Below are positions 37,525 through 47,161 of a stretch of DNA of 62,465 bases, one piece after another (positions within the stretch are counted from its first letter, which is position 1; the number at the start of each line of letters is the position of its first letter). The stretch is from an uncultured Bdellovibrionales bacterium. GTDB taxonomy: Bacteria; Patescibacteriota; Minisyncoccia; Moranbacterales; UBA2206. The notes under the pieces are model-generated. The model did no database searches and had not been told where the DNA came from. It saw only the letters and a program-made list of their open reading frames with translations. A program made the position numbers and the translations under genes. The DNA lies in NCBI GenBank assembly GCA_964636505.1, contig CAZWRY010000004.1:4985-67449 (forward strand), read 5' to 3'.

Positions 37525-38067
37525 TTGATTAAAAACTTAAAATTAAAAATTAAAAATTCTCCCGGAACTCTCCGGGTTTTAGGAGTGGATCCCGGCACCG
37601 CCACGACTGGCTGGGCCGTTCTTGAAGAAAAAAATGGAAGAGTACTTCCCGTGGCCTTTGGACACATCGCTACGCCCAAGGAAAATAAAGAGGAAGTCAG
37701 ACTTCTTGAAATTTCAGACGACTTGCAAAGCATAATCGAAAAATACTGCCCCCAAGAGGCGGCTATAGAACAGCTTTTTTTCTTCAAGAACAAGAAAACA
37801 ATCATCCAGGTCGGCCAGGCGCGCGGAGCTGTTCTCTTGACGCTTGAGCAAAAAAATGTTACTATCTTCAATTACACCCCTCTCCAGGTTAAGCAAGCTC
37901 TCACAGGATATGGCCGAGCAGAAAAGAAACAAATGCAATTAATGGTAAAGAATATTTTAAAGCTAAAATCCGTTCCTAAGCCGGATGATGTGGCAGATGC
38001 CATTGCTATTGCCCTCTGCCATCTCAATAGCCGCAGAATTAATTCTCTGGAAAAAACTGCTTATTAA
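37525..38067 (+). CDS. ruvC: Holliday junction resolvase RuvC
   Basis: LGVDPG, EQLFF, GQARG, KQALTGYGRAEK, DDVADAIA. Confidence 0.95.
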   Translation: MIKNLKLKIKNSPGTLRVLGVDPGTATTGWAVLEEKNGRVLPVAFGHIATPKENKEEVRLLEISDDLQSIIEKYCPQEAAIEQLFFFKNKKTIIQVGQARGAVLLTLEQKNVTIFNYTPLQVKQALTGYGRAEKKQMQLMVKNILKLKSVPKPDDVADAIAIALCHLNSRRINSLEKTAY

Positions 38068-38090
38068 TTTAGTTTAAAAAAAATAAATTT

Positions 38091-38744
38091 ATGGAAAACA
38101 TAAGCCCTTTAGTTGATCTTTTCATAAGACAAGGTGTTCCCCTGGAAACCGTTGTTTTAATTTTAATGTTTCCAATTATCGCAACTTTAATTGTTTTCTT
38201 TCGCCAAGTTTTAGGCATTAAAGCTTTTGGCATCTATACACCTTTAATCATCACTTTTGCTTTTTTGGCGGCTCATGATTTGCGCTATGGAATTGCCATT
38301 TTTATTTCGGTAATTCTTGTTGGCATGGTTACGCGTTTTTTACTTAAGCCCTTGCGCCTCCTTTACTTGCCGCGCGTAGCTATCATGCTCTCGGTTGTTG
38401 CTGCGGTCATGTTGGTCTTTTTGGCTTTTAGCGGTAGCCTGCGCAGAACAGGACTTGCCGCCGTTTCCATTTTCCCAATTTTAATTATGATAACTTTGGT
38501 AGAAAAATTTATCACCATCCAAATTGAAAAAGGCAACAAGGCCGCTGTGGTTCTGGCCATTGAAACCTTGTTCATTTCCATTATTGGTTATTTTGTTGCC
38601 AGTTGGAATTTTTTAATTCAATTTTTAGTTTCTTATCCCTGGATCGTTCTTCTTTTTCTTCCTATTAATATTGTTTTGGGGAAATGGACGGGACTTAGGC
38701 TTTCTGAATATTTTCGCTTCAAAGAAGTGATGAAAAAATTATAA
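38091..38744 (+). CDS. 7TM protein of the inactive-transglutaminase-associated family (membrane part only)
   Basis: FRQVLGIKAFGIYTP, LYLPRVA, FPILIM..EKF, GKWTGLRLSEYFRF. Confidence 0.82.
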   Translation: MENISPLVDLFIRQGVPLETVVLILMFPIIATLIVFFRQVLGIKAFGIYTPLIITFAFLAAHDLRYGIAIFISVILVGMVTRFLLKPLRLLYLPRVAIMLSVVAAVMLVFLAFSGSLRRTGLAAVSIFPILIMITLVEKFITIQIEKGNKAAVVLAIETLFISIIGYFVASWNFLIQFLVSYPWIVLLFLPINIVLGKWTGLRLSEYFRFKEVMKKL

Positions 38745-38765
38745 CTTTTCTCTTAATTTATCGCT

Positions 38766-40175
38766 ATGTTTGATTTTTTTAAAAAAAGAAGCGGGATACT
38801 GGGAATGAATGCCAGAAATCTTGACTATATTCGTCCTTACAACCTGAAAAGTGCCAAAAGACTCGCTGATAACAAACTTTTAAGTAAAAAAAAATTGGCT
38901 AAAAGCGGCATTTCCGTTTCGCCGTTGCTTTTTAAAATACGCAGCCGCGAAGAATTGGAAAGTTTTGACTGGAGCAAGCTTCCGGAAAGTTTCGCACTAA
39001 AACCTAACCGCGGATTTGGAGGAGAAGGCATCATTGTTGTCTATGGAAAAAAGAAAAACTCCGAAAATACCTGGATAAAAGCCGACAGATCAAAGGTTAC
39101 CGTTGAAGATTTAAAAAACCATATTCAAAATATCTTGGATGGAGCTTTTTCTTTGGCCAATACTCTGGACATCGCCTTTTTTGAAGAAAGAGTTAGGCTA
39201 AGCAAGTCTTTTAAGCCCTACACCTTTAAGGGCATTCCGGATATTCGGGTCATTGTTTTTAATAAAGTGCCTGTCATGGCCATGCTCCGACTTCCAACTA
39301 AAGAGTCTGGCGGCAAAGCCAATTTACATCAGGGCGCCATTGGAGTTGGCATTGATATGGCTTCCGGCATTACTACTTCGGCCGTACAGGGAAAAAACAA
39401 ATTAATTGAAAAAATGCCAGATTCAAGGATGTCCACCAGTGGGTTTAAGATACCTTTTTGGAAGGATATTTTGCTCTTAGCTGTCCGCGCTCAAGAGATA
39501 TCCAAGCTGGGTTATTTGGGCGTTGACATTGCTATTGACAAAGAGAGAGGTCCGCTTATTTTGGAATTAAATGCCCGCCCAGGACTTTCCATTCAAATAG
39601 CCAACTTGGCCGGCCTAAAAGAGCGCCTGAAAAGAGTTAGCGGCCTTAAAATCAAATCTCTTGAACGTGGCGTTCGCGTCGGCATGGATCTTTTTGGAGG
39701 AGAAATTGAAGAGGAGGTTGAAGATATCTCCGGACGCAAAGTAATCGGACCGATAGAAAAAATCAAGCTAATCGGAAAAGAAGGAAAAGAAATTGAAGTT
39801 GAAGCTAAAATTGATACAGGAGCTTTTTCTTCCTCTATTGACATAAATCTTGCTAAAGAGCTAGGCTTTCAAGAAATTATAGAAAAATTTTCTGAACTAG
39901 ACTTGTCAGAATATAAATTATTACCAGAAAATGAAGCTGTTATTAAAAAAGATGTGTTGGAAAAATATAAAAACAAGATTCCAGACCTAGAAGATGTGGC
40001 CGTTGTTTTTTCATCACACGGAGCATCAATTCGCCCAATAGTTAAGATTAACTTTATCATGGATAATCTGGAAATATTTTCCAGAATGAACATAATAGAC
40101 AGAAGTAATCTGAAATGTCCCGTTATTATCGGCAGAAAAAACCTGGAAAAATTCTTAATTGATGTAAACAAATAA
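38766..40175 (+). CDS. Alpha-L-glutamate ligase-like ATP-grasp fused to a retropepsin-like protease
   Basis: GMNARN..N, KPNRGFGGEG, PDIRVIV, ANLHQGA, LELNARPGLSIQIAN; C-terminal KIDTGAFSSSID..IIGRKNL. Confidence 0.85.
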   Translation: MFDFFKKRSGILGMNARNLDYIRPYNLKSAKRLADNKLLSKKKLAKSGISVSPLLFKIRSREELESFDWSKLPESFALKPNRGFGGEGIIVVYGKKKNSENTWIKADRSKVTVEDLKNHIQNILDGAFSLANTLDIAFFEERVRLSKSFKPYTFKGIPDIRVIVFNKVPVMAMLRLPTKESGGKANLHQGAIGVGIDMASGITTSAVQGKNKLIEKMPDSRMSTSGFKIPFWKDILLLAVRAQEISKLGYLGVDIAIDKERGPLILELNARPGLSIQIANLAGLKERLKRVSGLKIKSLERGVRVGMDLFGGEIEEEVEDISGRKVIGPIEKIKLIGKEGKEIEVEAKIDTGAFSSSIDINLAKELGFQEIIEKFSELDLSEYKLLPENEAVIKKDVLEKYKNKIPDLEDVAVVFSSHGASIRPIVKINFIMDNLEIFSRMNIIDRSNLKCPVIIGRKNLEKFLIDVNK

Positions 40176-40180
40176 GGCAT

Positions 40181-41194
40181 ATGAAAATATTAAAGAGTTT
40201 AAAAAAAATTACCCTAAAAAACTTGAATGAGATAGACTTTAAACATAAAAAAAGCACGGCAGAAGAACTGCTAAAAGCTTCTCTAAAGAAAAAAGTTGAG
40301 GTTTTTAGGGTTTTTGAAGACAGGTTTATTTTTATTTTAAAAAAGAAAGACAAGCTTTTTTGGATTAGTAAAGCGCTAACCTCAAAAGCAAACCCCGTAG
40401 GTATTAGCATCGCGCGAGACAAGAAGTTGACCACAAGACTGCTTTATGAAATTGGTTATCCGGTCGCCCCCAGCAGCATGATTTCCGATATTTCAGAATT
40501 AAAAGAAGCCATAAAAAAAATAAAATTTCCAGTTGTTATAAAGCCCTTGAGGTCTTTGGGGGGGAAGGGTGTTACCGTCAACATAAGAACAAAAAACCTT
40601 TTGTTTGATTCCTTTAGAATTGCTAAAAAGTTTGATAAAAAAATATTGGTTGAAAAACACATAGAAGGAGATTATTACAGGCTAACCTATATAGCTAACG
40701 GTTTTTATGCCGCAACCAAAAACATGCCTGCGTATATAGTTGGAGACGGGAAAAAAACAGCCAAACAATTAATTGACAGTGAAAATAAAAATAATAAAGA
40801 AAGAAAGGACAAGGGAAGATTAAAAAAAATAAAGATTTCTGAAAAAACAAAAAGGTTTTTAGCTACTTACGGATACACTTTTAGCTCTATAATACCTAAA
40901 AGCAAAAAAATACCTCTTTGTTTTAGCGGTTTTGATGGCGGAGAATATATTGATGTTACAAAAAACGTTCATCCTTATTTTATTAAAATGGCAAGTAGAA
41001 TTTCTAAAATATTGGACCTTCCCATAATAGGAGTTGATATTATAACAAAAACTATCAGCAAGCCACTTAATAAAACAGGCGGAGTGATTTTGGAAATAAA
41101 TGGCACATACCCCGACATTCAATTTCACAATATGCCAACACAAGGAAAGCCAATAAATTTGGCGCCAAAGCTAATTGATTGTTTATTTGAATAA
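40181..41194 (+). CDS. ATP-grasp ligase resembling the cyanophycin synthetase/GshAB ATP-grasp domain
   Basis: DKKLT, PVVIKP..GGKGV, YIVGDGKKT, GVDII, LEING. Confidence 0.78.
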   Translation: MKILKSLKKITLKNLNEIDFKHKKSTAEELLKASLKKKVEVFRVFEDRFIFILKKKDKLFWISKALTSKANPVGISIARDKKLTTRLLYEIGYPVAPSSMISDISELKEAIKKIKFPVVIKPLRSLGGKGVTVNIRTKNLLFDSFRIAKKFDKKILVEKHIEGDYYRLTYIANGFYAATKNMPAYIVGDGKKTAKQLIDSENKNNKERKDKGRLKKIKISEKTKRFLATYGYTFSSIIPKSKKIPLCFSGFDGGEYIDVTKNVHPYFIKMASRISKILDLPIIGVDIITKTISKPLNKTGGVILEINGTYPDIQFHNMPTQGKPINLAPKLIDCLFE

Positions 41195-41215
41195 TTTTTT
41201 AATAAAAACAATTCA

Positions 41216-42097
41216 ATGTCTCCTATAAACTTTTTAATAATAGGCCCTGATAATGAAAACACTTGGGATTTAGTTAATGAAATAAAAAAAAGAAAACATT
41301 CAGTCTTGTCTCTGCCAATAAAAGAAATTTTTTTTGAGTTTTCCAATAAAAAATTTAAGGCCTTTTGGAAAAATAAAGATCTTGATCTTTTTGATATCAT
41401 TCTTTTTAGGGGATATAATGAAAGCTTTATTGAAGCCGGTGTCCTGGCAAAAAAGTTTCTTGACGATAAAAAAACGGTGGTTGATGAGGTTATTGGCAAA
41501 GGATTTATTCCAGGCAAAACATTTGAGGCAAGCCGACTTATTAAAAACAAGCTCCGACATCCAAAAACATTGCAGTGTATTAACAGCTCTATTTGTACAA
41601 GTGTTCTAAAAAAAATATCTTTTCCTATTATAGTAAAGCCCGTCCACGGACAAAAAGGCAAGGATATGCATAAATTTAAAAACATCAAGGAAGCCGAGGT
41701 TTTTTTAAAGAAAAATCCTACAGGCTATTTAATCCAGGAATATTGTAAAATAGACGGGGATATACGTGTTTTTGTTGTAGGAAATAAGGTTTTAGGAGCA
41801 ATAAAAAGATTTGTCATTGATGGAGACTTCCGCTCTAATGCTTCCTTGGGCGCAAAGGCAAAAAAATATCCCGTAGACAAAGAATTGCGAAGATTGTCTG
41901 TTTCTGCAGCAAAAATAATGAAGTATGAAATCGCTGGAGTTGATATTATTAAATATGAGGGAAAATATTTTATCTTAGAAGTTAACTTTGCTCCCCAATG
42001 GCAAAAATTCAAAGAAATTACAGGCATTAATCCGGCAAAAGACATAATCAATTACGCAATAAGAAAATATGAAAAAAATAAAGGTAGGTTTTTTTAA
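41216..42097 (+). CDS. RimK-family ATP-grasp ligase
   Basis: PIIVKP, IQEY, DIRVFVVG, FRSNASLG, GVDII, LEVN. Confidence 0.85.
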   Translation: MSPINFLIIGPDNENTWDLVNEIKKRKHSVLSLPIKEIFFEFSNKKFKAFWKNKDLDLFDIILFRGYNESFIEAGVLAKKFLDDKKTVVDEVIGKGFIPGKTFEASRLIKNKLRHPKTLQCINSSICTSVLKKISFPIIVKPVHGQKGKDMHKFKNIKEAEVFLKKNPTGYLIQEYCKIDGDIRVFVVGNKVLGAIKRFVIDGDFRSNASLGAKAKKYPVDKELRRLSVSAAKIMKYEIAGVDIIKYEGKYFILEVNFAPQWQKFKEITGINPAKDIINYAIRKYEKNKGRFF

Positions 42098-43013
42098 GTC
42101 TCCGCAAGGAGTTTTTACCAAGAAAATAATTAAAAAAATAGAGAAAAAACTCAAAGAAAAAAACTTTATAGAGCTTTATACGGGTTTAGATTTTAGAAAA
42201 GGCCAAGTAATAAACGGTCGGGTCATAGTTGATGGCTTTGATTTAAATAGTCTGGATGTTTATTTTTGGCACGACGCCATAAAGGCGTCTGAATGGGATG
42301 GTGACAATTATTTTTTAAATGTTTTAAGAGCTCTTGAAAACAATTGCCTTGTTATTAATTCAAGTGAGGCAACTCGAACAATTAGCGATAAGTTTTTATC
42401 ACATAACCTTCTCCTTAAAAACCGTTTGCCTGTTGTAGATTTTGCCTTGATTGATTTTAACAGAAGCGCACTAAAAAAAATTTTTGGTCTTTTTGACGGT
42501 TCAATTGTCATTAAGCCAAGGTTTGGAGGTTGGGGAATTGGAGTAGAAAAAATATCTTCACAAAACGAATTGTTTAGCTGGTTCAACAAGACGAAAAAGG
42601 CTAAAAATCCACCGAAGCAAATCTTGATTGAAAAGTATTTTAAAAATGATTTATCAAAATGGATTGCTGTTGTTGTTTTGGGAGAAAAAATTCTTTTTGG
42701 TTATAGAAAAAAAATAACCACCGGTTCTGATTGGAAAATTTACGACCCTCAAAAAAAGGATGGCAAGGGAGCTTATTCTGAATACGTTGATCCTCCTAAA
42801 AAACTCAAAGAGATAGCCCTTGCAGCCAAAAGGGCTGTAAAAAAAGATATTGTGGGATTTGATTTTATTTTTACAAATGAAGGTTATAAGATAGTTGATG
42901 AAAATGGTCGTCCGGGTATTTATAAAAATTGTCTTGCTCAATGTAGGTTAAAAATAGAAGATGAGATTGCTAACCTGATAATCAACAAGGTGCTTTCTAA
43001 AAATAAAACATAG
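42069..43013 (+). CDS. Divergent RimK/LysX-like ATP-grasp protein
   Basis: DKFLS, VIKPRFGGWGIG, IEKY, GFDFI, VDENGRPG. Confidence 0.72.
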   Translation: MKKIKVGFFKSPQGVFTKKIIKKIEKKLKEKNFIELYTGLDFRKGQVINGRVIVDGFDLNSLDVYFWHDAIKASEWDGDNYFLNVLRALENNCLVINSSEATRTISDKFLSHNLLLKNRLPVVDFALIDFNRSALKKIFGLFDGSIVIKPRFGGWGIGVEKISSQNELFSWFNKTKKAKNPPKQILIEKYFKNDLSKWIAVVVLGEKILFGYRKKITTGSDWKIYDPQKKDGKGAYSEYVDPPKKLKEIALAAKRAVKKDIVGFDFIFTNEGYKIVDENGRPGIYKNCLAQCRLKIEDEIANLIINKVLSKNKT

Positions 43014-43052
43014 CTTTCTTGAAATTTTATCTTTTTTAGTTTATAATACGGT

Positions 43053-45569
43053 TTGACCCTTATGCCACACGTTTTTGTTTCATTTAAAGACCTAAAGGCT
43101 GTTTCCAAAAAAAACAAATGGAAGTTTTTTGGAATTTTGGCTGCTTATTTTTGCCTAGCGCTTTTTATTTTTGTTTTGGGCGTTTTTGTTTATTTTTATA
43201 AGGACTTACCTTCTCCGGGAAAAATGAATACTCGCTTTATAGCCGAGTCAACCAAAATATATGACCGGACCGGACAACACATTCTTTATGAGGTTCATGG
43301 AGAAGAAAAAAGAACAATTATTCCTTTTGACAATATTCCAGAAAGCGTCCGCTATGCGACAATTTCTTTGGAAGATCAGGACTTTTATTCCCACCATGGT
43401 ATAAAAATCTCTTCTATTATACGTTCGGCACTTAAAGATATTTTAAAAAGATCGGCCGCACAAGGAGGTTCAACCATAACCCAGCAGTTTGTAAAAAAGG
43501 CTCTTCTAACTGACGAAAAGAAACTTTCCCGCAAAATAAAGGAAGTAATCTTGTCCCTAGAATTAGAAACCAAGTATTCTAAGGATGAAATTTTAGAAAT
43601 GTATCTAAACCAAATCCCTTATGGTTCAAATGCTTATGGAATAGAAGCCGCTGCCCAAACTTTTTTTGGGAAAAACGCTAAAAACCTTACTTTGGATGAA
43701 GCTGCTCTTTTAGCTTCTCTGCCGCAGGCTCCTAGTTATTATTCTCCCAACGGTTCTCATCCTGACGCCTTGAAAGGTCGCCAAGAGTTTGCCCTCAAAA
43801 GAATGGCTGACCTGGGCTACATTACACCAGAACAAGCTACTGAATTTAAGCAGGTTGATGTTTTGGCTAAAATAAAGCCTTTTAGAGAGAAAATTGACGC
43901 TCCACACTTCGTTATGTACATCAAGGAATATCTTGAAAAAACTTACGGAGAACAAGCCGTTGAACAAGGCGGCCTAAAAGTTTATACCACGCTAGACTGG
44001 GATAAACAACAAATTGCTGAAAAGGCAGTTCGTGAAGGAGCAGAATCTAACGCTAAAAAATATGGTGCAAATAATGCTTCTTTAGTTGCTATTGATCCGA
44101 AAAACAGTCAAATTCTAGCCATGGTTGGGTCAAAAGACTATTTTGATAAGACAATTGATGGACAAGTAAATGTGGCTATTCGTGATCGCCAGCCGGGATC
44201 ATCTTTTAAGCCTTATGTTTATTTGACCGCCTTTAAGAAGGGCTACACACCAGAAACGCAGCTTTGGGACGTAGATACCAATTTTGAAACATCTGATGGA
44301 AAAACCTACAACCCAAAGAATTACGATGGGCAAAACAGGGGTCTCTTGCAAATGAAAAACACTTTAGCCATGTCCTTAAATGTGCCTGCCGTTAAAGCTC
44401 TTTACCTGGCTGGAGTCAAAGACTCAATTCAAACAGCTAAAGACATGGGCATAAACACGCTAAACGATCCGGATAAGCTTGGTTTGTCTTTGGTTTTGGG
44501 AGGAGGTGAGGTTAAGTTACTTGAACATACAAATGCTTTTGCCACTCTGGCTAACGGAGGGATTTTTCGCAATAAAACTGCTATTTTAAAAATAACCGAC
44601 GCCAAAGACAATGTTTTGGAAGAATATAAAGCCAGCACCGGCAAAAGAGTTGTGGAAGAAAAATATATTGCTATGCTAGATTATGTTCTATCTACAAATG
44701 ATCTCCGGGCACCCGTTTTTGGAAATAGCAATCCACTTGCTTTTAGCAATCGTCAGGTTGCCGCCAAAACCGGAACAACCAATGAATGGCGCGATGGATG
44801 GACGATGGGCTATACCCCCTCTTTAGCTGTTGGCGTTTGGGCCGGAAACAACAATAACTCGCCCATGGCCAAGGGGGCCGATGGCGTTTATGTTGCCGCA
44901 CCTATCTGGAGATCTTTTATGGAACAAGCTCTAAAAAACTATGCCAACGAAGATTTCCCTAAATATGAAAAAGAAGAAACAGGTAAAGATATTTTGGATG
45001 GAAAAATGGACCCTTTAAAAAAAACCGAGGTCTGTGAAATTAAAAAAGACAAATTTTGCCTGGCTACATCTTCTTGCCCAGATAAAAAAAGAGATGAAAA
45101 AAAGTTTTTTGTCGGACACTCAATTCTTTATTATGTTAACAAAGATGACCCACGAGGCAGCCAACCTAAAAATCCAGGCAGCGACCCTCAGTTTGAAAAC
45201 TGGGAAAAAGCTGTCAAAAAATGGGCTGTTGACCAAAAAGACATAAGCAAAAAAGATGTCCCGTCTGAAAGTTGTAAATCGGAAGATTTTGACGCAGTAA
45301 GCGTATCTGTGTCCATCTCTTCTCCAAACGACGGCGAAACTGTCACAGAAACATCTTTTTCTATTACCGCTAGCGCCTCAGCTGAGGCTGGCATCAAAAA
45401 GATTACTCTTTATATTAATGGCACAGAAATAACATCTTCAAACGACTCCTCTTTAAGTCATGTTTATCCTACCCCAAGCGGCGAAAATGCCTTAGACATC
45501 CGAGTTTCCGCTGAGGATAAACATGGAAACGGCGCCTCAGATTCCATCCGCATAAACACCAAGCTTTAA
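43053..45569 (+). CDS. Class A penicillin-binding protein (PBP1A-type) with C-terminal Ig-like domain
   Basis: EDQDFYSHHG, GGSTITQQ, RKIKE, YLNQIPYG; SSFK, SLN, KTGTT. Confidence 0.95.
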   Translation: MTLMPHVFVSFKDLKAVSKKNKWKFFGILAAYFCLALFIFVLGVFVYFYKDLPSPGKMNTRFIAESTKIYDRTGQHILYEVHGEEKRTIIPFDNIPESVRYATISLEDQDFYSHHGIKISSIIRSALKDILKRSAAQGGSTITQQFVKKALLTDEKKLSRKIKEVILSLELETKYSKDEILEMYLNQIPYGSNAYGIEAAAQTFFGKNAKNLTLDEAALLASLPQAPSYYSPNGSHPDALKGRQEFALKRMADLGYITPEQATEFKQVDVLAKIKPFREKIDAPHFVMYIKEYLEKTYGEQAVEQGGLKVYTTLDWDKQQIAEKAVREGAESNAKKYGANNASLVAIDPKNSQILAMVGSKDYFDKTIDGQVNVAIRDRQPGSSFKPYVYLTAFKKGYTPETQLWDVDTNFETSDGKTYNPKNYDGQNRGLLQMKNTLAMSLNVPAVKALYLAGVKDSIQTAKDMGINTLNDPDKLGLSLVLGGGEVKLLEHTNAFATLANGGIFRNKTAILKITDAKDNVLEEYKASTGKRVVEEKYIAMLDYVLSTNDLRAPVFGNSNPLAFSNRQVAAKTGTTNEWRDGWTMGYTPSLAVGVWAGNNNNSPMAKGADGVYVAAPIWRSFMEQALKNYANEDFPKYEKEETGKDILDGKMDPLKKTEVCEIKKDKFCLATSSCPDKKRDEKKFFVGHSILYYVNKDDPRGSQPKNPGSDPQFENWEKAVKKWAVDQKDISKKDVPSESCKSEDFDAVSVSVSISSPNDGETVTETSFSITASASAEAGIKKITLYINGTEITSSNDSSLSHVYPTPSGENALDIRVSAEDKHGNGASDSIRINTKL

Positions 45570-45576
45570 ATTTTTC

Positions 45577-45605
45577 AAAAAAAGCGTTCTTAAAACGCTT
45601 TTTTT
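45577..45605. terminator. Bidirectional terminator
   Basis: aaaaaaagcgtt-cttaa-aacgcttttttt between convergent genes. Confidence 0.85.
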
Positions 45606-45637
45606 GTTTGTTTATTTTGACACTTTTTTTGGCTCTT

Positions 45638-45928
45638 TTATTTTATTTTTATTTCACTTATTAAGTTGGAGCCCGCTCTCTCGTTTATTTTTCGCATAAT
45701 TTTTTCCCTGTTTAACAAAAACTCAGAAGACCAGTTTGGGTTCCTCACCTTAACAAAAAGCGTGCCGTCAGACAAGCGATCGGGTGATATTTTTTCAAGA
45801 CCTATTTTGCCAAAATATTCCAGAACACTTTCCCGAAAAACATAAAAAACAGACTCTTTGTCCACATCTGTTTTTTGGAACAAATATTTTTTCCCGTCTC
45901 CAACAAGATTTCTGAACGATCTTATCAT
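45638..45928 (-). CDS. DciA/DUF721 family protein
   Basis: GTLFVKVRNPNWSSEF..REKIMRKIN; located near dnaN. Confidence 0.7.
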   Translation of the reverse strand: MIRSFRNLVGDGKKYLFQKTDVDKESVFYVFRESVLEYFGKIGLEKISPDRLSDGTLFVKVRNPNWSSEFLLNREKIMRKINERAGSNLISEIKIK

Positions 45929-45929
45929 C

Positions 45930-46874
45930 TTAATTGTTTTTTCTTAAATAATTATATATGCTTTTGGCAGCAATGGCGCCCTCCGCTGCGGCCGTAATCA
46001 CTTGAAAAAATTTATTTGAACCGTCTGTTATGTCCCCGGCCGCCCAAATGCCCGAAGCGGAAGTTTGTCCATCTTTTTTAATTTTTATAAAGCCGGTTTC
46101 ATCTTTTTCAATGCCTAAGCCTTCAGTAAGATCTACTCTTGGATCAGAGCCACATTCAATAAAAACCCCGTCCAAATCAAGCGTTCCTTCTCCCTGATGC
46201 GCCTTGTCTAACCTTACGCCCTCAACTTTTTTCTCACCTAAAATTTCAACCACATTTAAATTGTAAAGTATTTCTATTTTTTCGTTTTTTTCTGCTTTAT
46301 TTTTCCAAAATTCCTCAGCAGAAAGATTGTTTTTTCTATATATTAAAAAAACTTTTTTGGCAATTTCTGATAAATAAACCGCCGCCGAAACAGCGCTGTT
46401 TGCTCCACCAATAACACAAATTGTTTTATTTTTATAAAAAAACCCGTCACAAGTCGCACAATAAGAAACTCCCTTGCCCAAAAAAGTGTCTTCCCCTTTT
46501 ATGCCCATTTTTTTACGCTTTGATCCTGTGGCCAACAAAATAGTTTTGGCTAATATTTTTTTATTCTCATTAAATGTTATTTCAAAAAAATTTTTTTCTT
46601 TTTTTAATTTTATTTGGCTAACTATTCCCGAAAGGATTTCTGTTCCATATTTTTTGGCATGTCCAATAAACCTTTGTGAAAGATTAGAGCCGCCTATATC
46701 TTCAATGCCCAAATAATTGTCTACCCAATGAGCCTCTGAGATCGTCCCTCCCACCAACCCGCCAAAAACAAGATGCTTGATGCCAAAACGAGAAGCATAA
46801 ACAGAAGCAGAAAGCCCTGCTGGACCAGCGCCGATTATGACTAGCTCATAAAAATTTAACTTTTTTTCTTCCAT
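45930..46874 (-). CDS. trxB: Thioredoxin reductase
   Basis: IGAGPAG, GVSYCATCDG, WAAGD. Confidence 0.93.
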   Translation of the reverse strand: MEEKKLNFYELVIIGAGPAGLSASVYASRFGIKHLVFGGLVGGTISEAHWVDNYLGIEDIGGSNLSQRFIGHAKKYGTEILSGIVSQIKLKKEKNFFEITFNENKKILAKTILLATGSKRKKMGIKGEDTFLGKGVSYCATCDGFFYKNKTICVIGGANSAVSAAVYLSEIAKKVFLIYRKNNLSAEEFWKNKAEKNEKIEILYNLNVVEILGEKKVEGVRLDKAHQGEGTLDLDGVFIECGSDPRVDLTEGLGIEKDETGFIKIKKDGQTSASGIWAAGDITDGSNKFFQVITAAAEGAIAAKSIYNYLRKNN

Positions 46875-46879
46875 ATGTT

Positions 46880-47155
46880 TTATTTTATTGCTTTTTCTTT
46901 TTTTAAAATTTCTTCCTTTCTTTTTTTACCCCTATTGTATCCCCCAGGCCCTCCATTAGACAAAACAACTCTGTGGCAAGGAATGTTTTTGTTGAAGTTT
47001 TTATTTAAGATATTGCCCACCGCTCGCCAAGCCAAAGGCTGACCAGCTAATTTAGCCACCTCCTTATAACTCCTAGTTTCACCCCTAGGAATTAGAGATA
47101 CCACCCGAAAAACCCTCTCTTTTAAAGGTTTTTTGCATTTTTTCATACATTGCAA
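46880..47155 (-). CDS. Methylated-DNA-protein-cysteine methyltransferase, C-terminal domain only
   Basis: IPRGETRSY, RAVG, PCHRVV. Confidence 0.88.
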   Translation of the reverse strand: MQCMKKCKKPLKERVFRVVSLIPRGETRSYKEVAKLAGQPLAWRAVGNILNKNFNKNIPCHRVVLSNGGPGGYNRGKKRKEEILKKEKAIK

Positions 47156-47161
47156 CCCCTT

